From positions 1,088,001 through 1,152,000 of the forward strand of contig CAWIXE010000002.1 of the NCBI GenBank assembly GCA_963840035.1: 64,000 nucleotides of DNA, written 5' to 3'. The notes under the pieces were generated by a model. It ran no database searches. It had not been told where the DNA came from and worked only from the letters and a program-made list of their open reading frames with translations. Source of the stretch: a candidate division FCPU426 bacterium. GTDB lineage: Bacteria; Oederibacteriota; PGYV01; Palsa-1178. Positions 9,453-18,506 of this stretch are shown here, one piece after another; the stretch's first letter is position 1; every line of letters begins with the position of its first letter. A program made the translations under genes and the position numbers.

Positions 9453-10637
9453 TTATTCTTTCAGGCCGATGTACTTGGCCTGCTCAGGTTTGGACTTGCC
9501 GTCCGCTATGTTCTTTAATTCCCTGTAAACGTCCTTGATGTTCTCAATAAATATTTCCCTGCCGCCAAGCCCGTAAATGTAGCTTGCGAGGGGCACTTTC
9601 GCGCCTGCGTCGTACATGCCGCCCTTAATTTCGGTGGCAAGCGGGCCGGCCTGGTTTGACATTGATTCGCACCTGTCAAGGATGGCTACTGCTTTTGCCT
9701 TTGAAAGCACAGCGGCAATTTCTTCAGCCGGGAAAGGCCTGAATACCCTGACTTTTAAAAGCCCTGCTTTGATGCCTTCAGCCCTGAGCTCGTCTACAGC
9801 CGCTTTTGTCGTTCCCGCGGTGGAACCCATGGATACGGTAATAAAATCAGCGTCATCGCATTTGTATGTCTCGATGAAGCCGTATTTCCTTCCGAATGTC
9901 TTGGCAAATTCCACTGAAACCTCTTCGATAACCCTTTTCGCGTTCTTCATGGCCTCATGCTGCGCCTTTTTGAACTCGAGGTAGTAATCCGTGAGGACTA
10001 TGGAACCGGCTGTTATCGGGTGGTCTACGTCAAGGACGTTATAAGGCGGTTTGTATTCGCCCACGAATTTTGCAACTTCAGCGTCCGGATACATCTCAAG
10101 CCTTTCCATGCCGTGGCTGATGATGAACCCGTCTGTCGTGACCATTATCGGGGTAATTACGTCTTTGTGTTCCGCGATCCTGGGCGCCATGATCATGGCG
10201 TCATACGCTTCCTGTGAATTTTCAGAGAATATCTGTATCCAGCCTGAATCCCTCTCAGCCATGGTGTCCGAGTGGTCGCAGTGGATGTTAATCGGGGCTG
10301 AAAGCGCCCTGTTAACGTCCGCCATGACTATCGGGAGCCTCATGCCTGAAGCGATAAAGAGTATCTCGTGCATGAGCGCCAGGCCCTGCGACGAAGTGGC
10401 TGTCATTGTGCGCGCGCCTGATGCCGCTGAGCCCACGCATGCGGACATGGCCGAGTGCTCTGATTCAACCGTGATAAGATTTGTCTTTACTTTTCCGTCG
10501 TTTACGAATCCCGCGAATATCTGCATAACTTCCGTGGCAGGCGTTATCGGGTATGCCGCGCAAACGTCCGGGTTTATCTGACGCATGGCTTCCGCCATAG
10601 CCTCGTTTCCGGTCCTTGCTGCTATTGTTTTTTCCAT
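9453..10637 (-). CDS. porA: Pyruvate:ferredoxin oxidoreductase alpha subunit
   Basis: AYPITP, VESEHSA, TATSSQGL, GLGGR. Confidence 0.93.
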   Translation of the reverse strand: MEKTIAARTGNEAMAEAMRQINPDVCAAYPITPATEVMQIFAGFVNDGKVKTNLITVESEHSAMSACVGSAASGARTMTATSSQGLALMHEILFIASGMRLPIVMADVNRALSAPINIHCDHSDTMAERDSGWIQIFSENSQEAYDAMIMAPRIAEHKDVITPIMVTTDGFIISHGMERLEMYPDAEVAKFVGEYKPPYNVLDVDHPITAGSIVLTDYYLEFKKAQHEAMKNAKRVIEEVSVEFAKTFGRKYGFIETYKCDDADFITVSMGSTAGTTKAAVDELRAEGIKAGLLKVRVFRPFPAEEIAAVLSKAKAVAILDRCESMSNQAGPLATEIKGGMYDAGAKVPLASYIYGLGGREIFIENIKDVYRELKNIADGKSKPEQAKYIGLKE

Positions 10638-10653
10638 ATTGTCATATCCTCCG

Positions 10654-11073
10654 TTACTTTATATTGAATTTGTCTTTGGCTTCTTTAAGCCCGACAAACA
10701 ATATTGCAGCCTTCTCGTCAAACCCCGGTGTCCCGTGTCCTGTGGACGGGGAAATCTTAAGGTTCGCGTCTTTTGCTTTGAGCTCTTTGGTGATTTTATT
10801 ATTCTGCGGGCACTCTTCCGGGCATATGCCGCAGCCCTTGCAGTAATCATAGTCAAATTCCCCGCGTTCTTTACCTTTCGCGCCGTCGACTAATTTGATG
10901 GCGTTATCCGGGCAAAATGCCCAGCATGTCATGCACTGTATGCAGTTTTCTTTTTTCCATACAGGTACTTTGCTTCTCCAGCCGCCGGTATGAAAATGCT
11001 CCGATGTGCCGCTTTCAATAACACCAGCAACAGCAAGGTCCTTCCACGTCTTTATATTTGGTTTCGTCGTCAT
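10654..11073 (-). CDS. porD: Pyruvate:ferredoxin oxidoreductase delta subunit (2x4Fe-4S)
   Basis: TGGWR, CIQCMTCWAFCP, DYCKGCGICPEECP. Confidence 0.9.
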   Translation of the reverse strand: MTTKPNIKTWKDLAVAGVIESGTSEHFHTGGWRSKVPVWKKENCIQCMTCWAFCPDNAIKLVDGAKGKERGEFDYDYCKGCGICPEECPQNNKITKELKAKDANLKISPSTGHGTPGFDEKAAILFVGLKEAKDKFNIK

Positions 11074-11654
11074 TTTTTCTTTACCTCCTCATAAGCCGCT
11101 CTGATGGCTTTCAGGTTTCCTTCAATTACTTCCGGTTTTGATTTAAACTTTTTCTCAAGTTTCTTCTTGGTATCATCCATAAAAGCCTCTATGGGAAGTA
11201 CATCCACGGCGCCAAGCAGCGCGCCGATCATAGGCGTGTTGGGGATTGGCTTGCCGATGTTGGCCTGCGCGATCTTTGAAGCGTCTATCGTAATAAGGTT
11301 CTTTCCTGCCCACTTAATCCTTGCGTGTACTTCGTCTTTTGTGCCTGCGGTGTTAACGATAAGTACTCCCGTTTCCACGTCCAGGCCATGCGCTACATCG
11401 ACCGAATCGGTCAGCGTCTCGTCGAGCACTAACACCACGTCCGGCTTTAAAACCGGCGAGTGGATGGTGATTTCCTTTGAAGCGATCCTGTCATAAGCCG
11501 CGACTGGGGCTCCCATTCTTTCCGGACCGTACTCCGGGAATGCCTGAACGTACTTTCCGGCCGAGATCGCCGCTTCGCCCAAAAGCAGAGCTGCTGTCTT
11601 AGCTCCCTGGCCGCCGCGTCCGTGCCATCTGATTTCCATCATATCTTTCGACAT
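11070..11654 (-). CDS. porC: Pyruvate:ferredoxin oxidoreductase gamma subunit
   Basis: EIRWHGRGGQGAKTA, FPEYGPERMGAP; GGAGG RBS favours a start at 11654 or 11657. Confidence 0.92.
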   Translation of the reverse strand: MSKDMMEIRWHGRGGQGAKTAALLLGEAAISAGKYVQAFPEYGPERMGAPVAAYDRIASKEITIHSPVLKPDVVLVLDETLTDSVDVAHGLDVETGVLIVNTAGTKDEVHARIKWAGKNLITIDASKIAQANIGKPIPNTPMIGALLGAVDVLPIEAFMDDTKKKLEKKFKSKPEVIEGNLKAIRAAYEEVKKK

Positions 11655-11779
11655 CAAAAGCACCTCCTTGATAGTATATAAATACGGAATGAAGTTTCAC
11701 TATCCATAAAGGACATTGAAAATATCCGGATTTAATTGCAAATTTCATGTTTAATACTGAGTTATATTTGGGATGGTGT

Positions 11780-11797
11780 GCGTGAGTAATTTCACAA
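11780..11797. promoter_or_regulatory. Candidate Rex (or CRP-family) operator
   Basis: TTGTGAA-ATTA-CTCACGC on minus strand versus Rex consensus TTGTGAA-N4-TTCACAA, downstream of promoter. Confidence 0.5.
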
Positions 11798-11833
11798 CAA
11801 CCTAAACCAAATGAGCGACTGAAAACAAAATAT

Positions 11834-11862
11834 ATATTACTCCTGAGGGGGTAAAAGGTCAA
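11834..11862 (-). promoter_or_regulatory. Sigma70-type promoter of por operon
   Basis: TTGACC-17 bp-TAATAT. Confidence 0.6.
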
Positions 11863-11902
11863 GGGGTATTTTAGCCTTATAAATATGGGGCTTTGTTTTG
11901 TT

Positions 11903-12403
11903 TTTAGTAGTCGCACCCCTTCGTTTCATCGGGGTGCGCCTATTAAAGGATTGCCATTATCTCAATCCTTGGAATAACCTCGTGTGAACTGTCGGTGGTT
12001 GAGGGTATGACTTACAAATGTAGGCGCAGACCGGTGGAATGAAGGCCTGCGAATACAAAAGCAAAGCCTGCCTTGAGCCGCAGCAAGCGGCGGCTTTACG
12101 AAAAACAGACAGGTTTGTTTTGTATTTGTAGAGCCGCTGCTTGCTGCGGCTCAGACGTTGGATTTTATGTGAGGAATTGCCATTATCTCAATCCTTGGAA
12201 TAACCTCGTGTGAACTGTCGGTGGTTGAGGGTATGACTTACAAATGTAGGCGCAGGCCGGTGGGACGCAGGCCTGCGACTACTAAAGCAAGGCCTGCCTT
12301 GAGCCGCAGCAAGCGGCGGCTCTACGAAAACAGAAAGGTCTGTTTTTGTATTTGTAGAGCCGCTGCTTGCTGCGGCTCAGACGCTGGATGTTATGAGCAG
12401 GAT
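11903..12403. repeat. Composite REP mosaic (BIME-like) with a 226-bp tandem duplication
   Basis: Units begin about 11947 and 12172; each holds GTAG/CTAC-capped hairpins; inverted homolog at 24968..25286. Confidence 0.85.
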
Positions 12404-12441
12404 TTCGTATTCACCTTCATATCGTTTTCACCGGCGTGCGC

Positions 12442-13971
12442 CTATTCTTTTCCGATAAAATTTTCATTCATATATAAAATACAATGTTTTTTTAATAACT
12501 GAAACATGTTATCGTCACCGTTCATTCTCGCATAAGTTAACAAAGTTATGTGATAACCGTTTTTATTGAATTGCCAGCAAGCATTTGCCCCATGATCCAG
12601 CAATTTTCTTGTCATTTCGATATCATTATTTAAAACAGCTTTATTTAACGGTATATTTTCAGCTCGCCATTCATTTGCATTTATCCCGCCATTAACATCA
12701 ACACCATTAGCCAGTAATAAATCCACCATTTCTATATTCCCATTTTCAACCGCACAGGTCAAAATGAAATCAATACCCAGTTTATTATCATCAATATAAT
12801 TTACATTTGAACCAGATTTAATAAGAAGTTTCGCCATTTCTATATCGTTGTTAACAACGGCCCTCATCAATGCAGAATGATCGTACATTCGTTGATCATC
12901 TTTCATTTTTTTTGATATCAAAATCTCTGCAATTTTTAGATTACCACATTCAGCCGCCCAATATAACGCATTATGACCAAGCCAGTCGGTTTTTTCTATA
13001 TTATATTTAGGATCATTCAATAATCTTATTGCGTTTTTATCATCACCCAAAATAATGTAATATATCAAACCTTCTATCTCTGCATTTTTAATATCAGAGC
13101 CTCTTTCAAGCAACAACTTCAACGTTTTAGAAAGATTTCCATGAAACCGAGACTCAAGAGTTTGTACAAACGCATTAAAATTATTTACATCACCTTTAAA
13201 GTTAATATCAGCTTTATTATCAAGTAACAATTTCACCAATGCGTAATTTCCTCTTTCTGAAGCAAACATCAAAGGCGTGTCATTTTGATATATTGAACAA
13301 TTTACATTTGCTCCTTTTTGAACTAATAACTTGGCCAGTTCATTATAATCGCCAGCAGAAATATGAACCAACAAATCACGATCGCTCGGATCGGCGCCAG
13401 CATTTAATAGACGTTTTATGATTAAGTGCATTCTTTCCCTTTTACGGATTACTTCTTTATTCAGTCTGCATTTAAAATCAAGGGAAGGAATACTTTCATT
13501 AAATCCTTCATATGCAAAATATACACCTAAGGGCTCAGCTTTATGTTTGAGCAAGAAATCAACCATGTTTAAATCCAGCGCTTCGGCAGCAAAAGCAATC
13601 GCTGTTCTTGTCAAATATTTATATCCATCTCCTAATCGAGTTTCAAATAATATTTCATTTACATCAAAGCCATTGTCAATTAAACATTTAGCCATTGTTG
13701 TATTCCCTTTTTGAGCAGCAATCGCCAAAGCATTCATCTTTATAAATATCCCACCGTAACGCTTGGAACAACTGATAGTTTCTTTGATATTGGTCCCTAA
13801 TTTCAGGCTTGTTTTTACTTTCTCAATATCACCTGTATAGACATAACGCAAAAAATCAGACATTTTACCGTATGTACATGAACCAAATGTGGGGTTTTGA
13901 GAATATATATAATTTGCAGTCAGTAATAATAACACAGTTAATAAAAGCAATCTTTTTTTCAAATTCAACAC
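12442..13971 (-). CDS. Secreted ankyrin-repeat protein
   Basis: Repeated TPL/AL..A...GN...V.LL...GADIN motifs, signal peptide, visibly AT-rich DNA. Confidence 0.88.
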   Translation of the reverse strand: MLNLKKRLLLLTVLLLLTANYIYSQNPTFGSCTYGKMSDFLRYVYTGDIEKVKTSLKLGTNIKETISCSKRYGGIFIKMNALAIAAQKGNTTMAKCLIDNGFDVNEILFETRLGDGYKYLTRTAIAFAAEALDLNMVDFLLKHKAEPLGVYFAYEGFNESIPSLDFKCRLNKEVIRKRERMHLIIKRLLNAGADPSDRDLLVHISAGDYNELAKLLVQKGANVNCSIYQNDTPLMFASERGNYALVKLLLDNKADINFKGDVNNFNAFVQTLESRFHGNLSKTLKLLLERGSDIKNAEIEGLIYYIILGDDKNAIRLLNDPKYNIEKTDWLGHNALYWAAECGNLKIAEILISKKMKDDQRMYDHSALMRAVVNNDIEMAKLLIKSGSNVNYIDDNKLGIDFILTCAVENGNIEMVDLLLANGVDVNGGINANEWRAENIPLNKAVLNNDIEMTRKLLDHGANACWQFNKNGYHITLLTYARMNGDDNMFQLLKKHCILYMNENFIGKE

Positions 13972-14000
13972 CTTCTTTTTATACCATTCACCAAGACTTA

Positions 14001-14678
14001 TTATGGTCTTGGAAGTTTATCAGTACTTCTTGGAGTTTTCTTGACCTTTTGGTACATATCATATGAATACCACAAAAGGTACGCGGTGCCTGCCATGGAC
14101 GGGACAATTGCAAAAAGCAGCATTAATTTCGGAAAAAACACGCCGCCTAGCGCCGCCAGGGCGCACCAACGGAATATGTTCCCCGCCATAACATGGGTTT
14201 TATCCCATACTTCGCCATTTTCCAGCGTCCATGGCGTGCGGATACCCACGAAATAATTTGGTTTTGCCTGTTCAACTAATACGGCTATGGCTAAATAAAG
14301 CCCTGTAAAAAACGGGGCCATTGCCAGGTTCATGTCTATATGCCAGCCCCCGCCGGTGAGTATCATCAGGGCATAAATATACGCAAAAAGGCTGAGGAAA
14401 ATATTCGCAAAACGGTCAAACGCGGGGGTGAATTCACCCATGCGTCCTTTGGGGTCAATCCTTGAAATAAGGGCAAAAACCAAAAAAACAACAAGCGCGA
14501 TGCATGGAAGCATCAGCATCGCGGGTCCCTTGTCCATGTACCCGTTCGGTTTCCCGTCCATACCCCAGTGCGATACCATCCTGCAGGGCATATGCGGCAT
14601 GATAATCAGCGCCGCGCCGAACATGCCCGCGATAATGCTTAAAGAAATTGCCTCGCCTTTTCTTATAGTAACGGCCAT
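14001..14678 (-). CDS. SdpI / DUF1648 membrane protein
   Basis: SHWGMDGKPNGY and PNYFVGIRTPWTL...VWDKTH. Confidence 0.88.
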   Translation of the reverse strand: MAVTIRKGEAISLSIIAGMFGAALIIMPHMPCRMVSHWGMDGKPNGYMDKGPAMLMLPCIALVVFLVFALISRIDPKGRMGEFTPAFDRFANIFLSLFAYIYALMILTGGGWHIDMNLAMAPFFTGLYLAIAVLVEQAKPNYFVGIRTPWTLENGEVWDKTHVMAGNIFRWCALAALGGVFFPKLMLLFAIVPSMAGTAYLLWYSYDMYQKVKKTPRSTDKLPRP

Positions 14679-14681
14679 AAA

Positions 14682-16211
14682 TTAATCCACCACATTTTTT
14701 CTGTCAAGTTTTGTCGGGTCTGTATACGGAACACCGTGTTTTTTGCTTATCATATTGGCCGATATCCTGCCTGATTCATAAATTGTAGGAAGGCCCGATC
14801 CCGGATGCGTTCCCCCGCCCGCGAGGTATACGTTGTCAAAACATTCAAAATGGTTCCTTGGCCTGAAGTATAGCATCTGCGGAAGGTCATGGCCCAGGTT
14901 AAAAGTCGCGCCGTAATGCACATTCAGTTCGTCGTTCCAGGTATCCGGAGTATAAATCTTTTCCACTTCTATGTTTTCCCTTAAATCCTTCATCTCCGTA
15001 CGCTTTACGACTTCATCAAGCACGCGTTCCTTAAATGCGTCTTTTTCCTTATCCCAGTCTATATTCCCCTTCAAATTGGAAACCGGCACTAGTATATATA
15101 TGGTGGACTTGCCTTCAGGCGCGAGCGTCGGGTCTGTTAATGATGCATTCTGGACATAAAAGGATATCTGATCCGATATTTTCAGCCGTTTAAAAATATC
15201 TTCGACATTCTGCCGGTACTTCCGCGCGAAGAAAACGTTATGGTGCGGGAAGTTGTATTTTTTCTTTACCCCGAGGTAAAGCATGAATGTGGAGCACGAA
15301 TATTTTCTGCGCGCCAGTTTTTTAGGGGCATATTTTTTTACCCGTTTTTTATCCATGAGATTCACTGCGGCGTATGAAAAATCCGCGTTTACGATGACGT
15401 CATCCGCGTTAACTATCGTGCCGTCTTCCAGTTCGACGCCGGTTACTTTACGGCCGGTATTTACCAGCCTTTTTACAGCCGTATTCAGCCTTAATTTTCC
15501 GCCTTCTTCCTCAAAAACCTTTGCCATGGCCTGTGAAATCCTGTTTAACCCGCCAATGACGTGGTAAATCCCCCATTTGTGCTCAATATATGCCACCATG
15601 GCAAAAGCAGCCGGGCATTCCCACGCTGACATGCCGAGGTATTTTGACTGAAAGGTAAAACAGAACTTCAGGTTGTCGCTTTTAAAATATTTTCCAAGCG
15701 CCTGAAAGACGCTCAAATGCAGGTCCAGGTGCGGGACGGCTTTCAGAAAAGGATTTACAAGCATGTCTTTAAACGAACTATATGGTTTCTGCAGGCATGG
15801 AAAAAGATACTCAAAACGTTTTTTCTCACCGGCAAGGTACCTTTTGAGCCCGGCTTCCTCACCCGGGAATTCTTTCTTTATTGCGGCTTCCATCTTATCG
15901 TGGTCGTCGGATGCAAGTATCTCATTTTCAAAAAACTTCAGCCGGTACATGGGGTCAAGGTGTCTAAATTCCATGTAATCTTTTGCCTTTCTGCCAGTTT
16001 CCTCGAACATTTCCTCAAGAATAAAATTCATCATTAAAAATGTAGGCCCGGTATCAAAGGTGAATCCGCCGAGTTTGAGCGGCGCATTCCTGCCTCCGAC
16101 AATACCGGCCTTTTCAAATATCTCAACGTCAAATCCCCTGTGCGCGAGTATCATGCCCGACGTGAGCCCGCCCGGACCGGCCCCGACTATCACTATCTTT
16201 TTTTTCGCCAT
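14682..16211 (-). CDS. crtI: Phytoene desaturase (CrtI/CrtN family)
   Basis: GAGPGG FAD motif, FDTGPT, GGGTHPGSGLP; GAGGAGG RBS before ATG 16211. Confidence 0.85.
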   Translation of the reverse strand: MAKKKIVIVGAGPGGLTSGMILAHRGFDVEIFEKAGIVGGRNAPLKLGGFTFDTGPTFLMMNFILEEMFEETGRKAKDYMEFRHLDPMYRLKFFENEILASDDHDKMEAAIKKEFPGEEAGLKRYLAGEKKRFEYLFPCLQKPYSSFKDMLVNPFLKAVPHLDLHLSVFQALGKYFKSDNLKFCFTFQSKYLGMSAWECPAAFAMVAYIEHKWGIYHVIGGLNRISQAMAKVFEEEGGKLRLNTAVKRLVNTGRKVTGVELEDGTIVNADDVIVNADFSYAAVNLMDKKRVKKYAPKKLARRKYSCSTFMLYLGVKKKYNFPHHNVFFARKYRQNVEDIFKRLKISDQISFYVQNASLTDPTLAPEGKSTIYILVPVSNLKGNIDWDKEKDAFKERVLDEVVKRTEMKDLRENIEVEKIYTPDTWNDELNVHYGATFNLGHDLPQMLYFRPRNHFECFDNVYLAGGGTHPGSGLPTIYESGRISANMISKKHGVPYTDPTKLDRKNVVD

Positions 16212-16257
16212 GAACAACCTCCTCTATATACAGTTATATGTATTTAATATTTTTCAA

Positions 16258-17226
16258 TTATCCCAGGACTTCAATTATTCCTTCAGGATACGGTTCAAAA
16301 AATGTCTGGCCAGAGAGGTATTTATCCTCAAACCTGAGGATGTAAGACCGCATAAGGCTTAATACCACATTTATACGCGCTTTCCCCTTCCTGTATTTTT
16401 CAAGCGTATCAAGGAAGTACTTCCTTTCTTTCGCGGAAAGTTTATCAGAGAAGTATCCGAAAGCGTGCTGTATGGTATTTATCACATTTGAAACTTTATA
16501 TGTATCCTTCAGGCACAACGACATATACCTGCCGTATTCACTGCACATAGCCTCAAACTTCATGTTATCCCTGTTCGCCGATATGCCGCCCATTAAACGC
16601 ATATATTTTTGGTTATAGGACATGAATAACAACTTGTTTTGTTCCTGAAATTTTATAAGTTCCTTAACCTTCGCCGATTTTCTAACCTGCCTGAAAGACG
16701 CGCTTATGTAAACCCTCTTCAAAAAGTTATCGGCGATCCTTTCGTCATTAAGCCTGCCATCATCTTCAACCGCCTTATCCGGGAACCTTCGCACTACCTC
16801 CCCGCCAAAAAAGCCCGAGCCCCTGGCAGTCAGCGCAGCCGGTTTCTCGCCTTTTGCGGGATAAATCTTCACATCATAAGCCCCCGAACTGGGGGACTTT
16901 GCCTTAAGTATGAATCCGTCAACTTCCTCCATGTCATCAAGAGTTTTCTTAACCCATGCGTTCATTTTTTCAGTAAGGTCCGCGCCTGTAGAAGGCTGGA
17001 CAAGACGCAGTTTTTTCATTTCTTTATCATCCGCGACTATACGCAGTGTTTTCCTGGGTATGGGCAGCCCTATTTCCACTTCCGGGCAATGTGTTATGGA
17101 TGTAATATATGGTTTCAGGGCGCCAACAAAATCAGAAGATATCAATTCACCATTATAGCGGACAGCCTCAAAAGTTATGCAACGGCTTATATACAGCACC
17201 GGCTTCAGAAAAACCGTCATAAACAC
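16258..17226 (-). CDS. DUF523 + DUF1722 (YbgA-like) protein
   Basis: VRYNG, CPEVEIGLPIPR, LKAKSPS, HAFGYF, YLSGQTFFEPYP. Confidence 0.88.
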   Translation of the reverse strand: MFMTVFLKPVLYISRCITFEAVRYNGELISSDFVGALKPYITSITHCPEVEIGLPIPRKTLRIVADDKEMKKLRLVQPSTGADLTEKMNAWVKKTLDDMEEVDGFILKAKSPSSGAYDVKIYPAKGEKPAALTARGSGFFGGEVVRRFPDKAVEDDGRLNDERIADNFLKRVYISASFRQVRKSAKVKELIKFQEQNKLLFMSYNQKYMRLMGGISANRDNMKFEAMCSEYGRYMSLCLKDTYKVSNVINTIQHAFGYFSDKLSAKERKYFLDTLEKYRKGKARINVVLSLMRSYILRFEDKYLSGQTFFEPYPEGIIEVLG

Positions 17227-17279
17227 CCCGCCTCTTTGTACCTTTTCAGTTTTAAACTTTCAGTTTCAAACTGCCTTGT

Positions 17280-18287
17280 TTACATCCCCATGTCCGCAAA
17301 TTCCCAATTGTTGAGTTTTTTAAGTGACTGCCAGTACGGGCTCGTCGAGAGGTGTTCCTTAAAAGCCTCAAGGTATTCAGTCTTATTATCCTTACCTCCG
17401 GCTTCCGTATCCGCCGCGGTCTCTGATTCCCAGTCAGAATCCCACTCTACCATATCATAGAACTTCCAGGCGTCGTCACCGGCGCCGGTATATATCAGGT
17501 CAAGCATGTATGACCACACTTTTGAGATGGGCTTTCCCTTGCACGAATCAGCGTATGCCTGCATATCCTCAACCACGGGCGGGTCCTTACGCATTAACTC
17601 ATCGGCAAGCACATATCCGCTGCCTTCCAGGTAGCGCAGTACAAGTTTCGGCGCCGGAGGAGTGCCCAAAGCCGCCCACCAGTCAAGGAAGGTGCAGTCT
17701 TTTCCAATAATTTCCATAATGCCGTCCTTGTCAAGATCCTTAAATTCAATACCGTCAGCTAAGCCCTTTATCTCGGCGATTAACGCCATATCATCGCCGA
17801 CCGCGAATACCGAGTATATGTTTGAGCAGCTGTCCTTTTCTGACTTTGTTTTTAACACTACATCAGGCCTTCCGTCGCCTGTCATGTCAGTACCCGCCTT
17901 AGGGAGCGATTTTTCCTTACTGTCTGATGTCATCTGAAAGCTTTCCTTTTCACCGGCCTGCTTTGACAGTATTACCTGGCCTTTTTTTAGGACCTCAAAA
18001 GTGGACTTATCGCTTGAAAGCTTGAATTCATAATCCTTCATATTGACCTTTTCAGCCGTATTTACTTTCCCTATTTTTGGCTTTGTTTCCACGGCGGTTT
18101 TTACGGGCAGCGGTTTGCCTTCTTTCGCGGTGACAGTTACCCCGGCGGCTGTTTTCTCCGCCCCTGCAGAAACTGTTTCCTGAGGTGTTACCTGTGAGAC
18201 TTTGCCTTTACCGCATTTGGACATTACAAGCATCACTAAAATAAAAGCAATAATCACAACCAGAATAACTTTAATAGCTTTGCCCAT
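17280..18287 (-). CDS. Membrane-anchored hypothetical protein with DxxxDG Ca-binding-like loops
   Basis: N-terminal TM helix, DMTGDGRPD and DLDKDGIME; GGAGG RBS. Confidence 0.65.
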   Translation of the reverse strand: MGKAIKVILVVIIAFILVMLVMSKCGKGKVSQVTPQETVSAGAEKTAAGVTVTAKEGKPLPVKTAVETKPKIGKVNTAEKVNMKDYEFKLSSDKSTFEVLKKGQVILSKQAGEKESFQMTSDSKEKSLPKAGTDMTGDGRPDVVLKTKSEKDSCSNIYSVFAVGDDMALIAEIKGLADGIEFKDLDKDGIMEIIGKDCTFLDWWAALGTPPAPKLVLRYLEGSGYVLADELMRKDPPVVEDMQAYADSCKGKPISKVWSYMLDLIYTGAGDDAWKFYDMVEWDSDWESETAADTEAGGKDNKTEYLEAFKEHLSTSPYWQSLKKLNNWEFADMGM

Positions 18288-18360
18288 TTAAAAACCTCCA
18301 TGATGTTTTTCAATTAGTATTATTATAACGTAATTAAGATAAAAGCGCATCTATTTTGCT

Positions 18361-18435
18361 TTCGTAGGGGCGAGCCGGTGGCTCGCCCGGCTTTAGATTC
18401 TAAACCCGGGCGAGCCACCGGCTCGCCCCTACGAA
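18361..18435. repeat. REPIN (inverted pair of GTAG-family REPs)
   Basis: Perfect 30-bp inverted repeat ttcgtaggggcgagccggtggctcgcccgg. Confidence 0.9.
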
Positions 18436-18496
18436 GACAGAACAAAGACATAACGAAGACAGAACGAAGCAGACCGAAGCAGAACGAAGATAGAAC
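18433..18496. repeat. 10-11 bp tandem repeat GAAGACAGAAC, about six copies
   Basis: gaagacagaac aaagacataac gaagacagaac gaagcagacc gaagcagaac gaagatagaac. Confidence 0.75.
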
Positions 18497-18506
18497 ATAT
18501 AACCAA

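Noticed and set aside
12221..12502. ORFs at 12221 and 24950
   Set aside because: Both lie within REP mosaics
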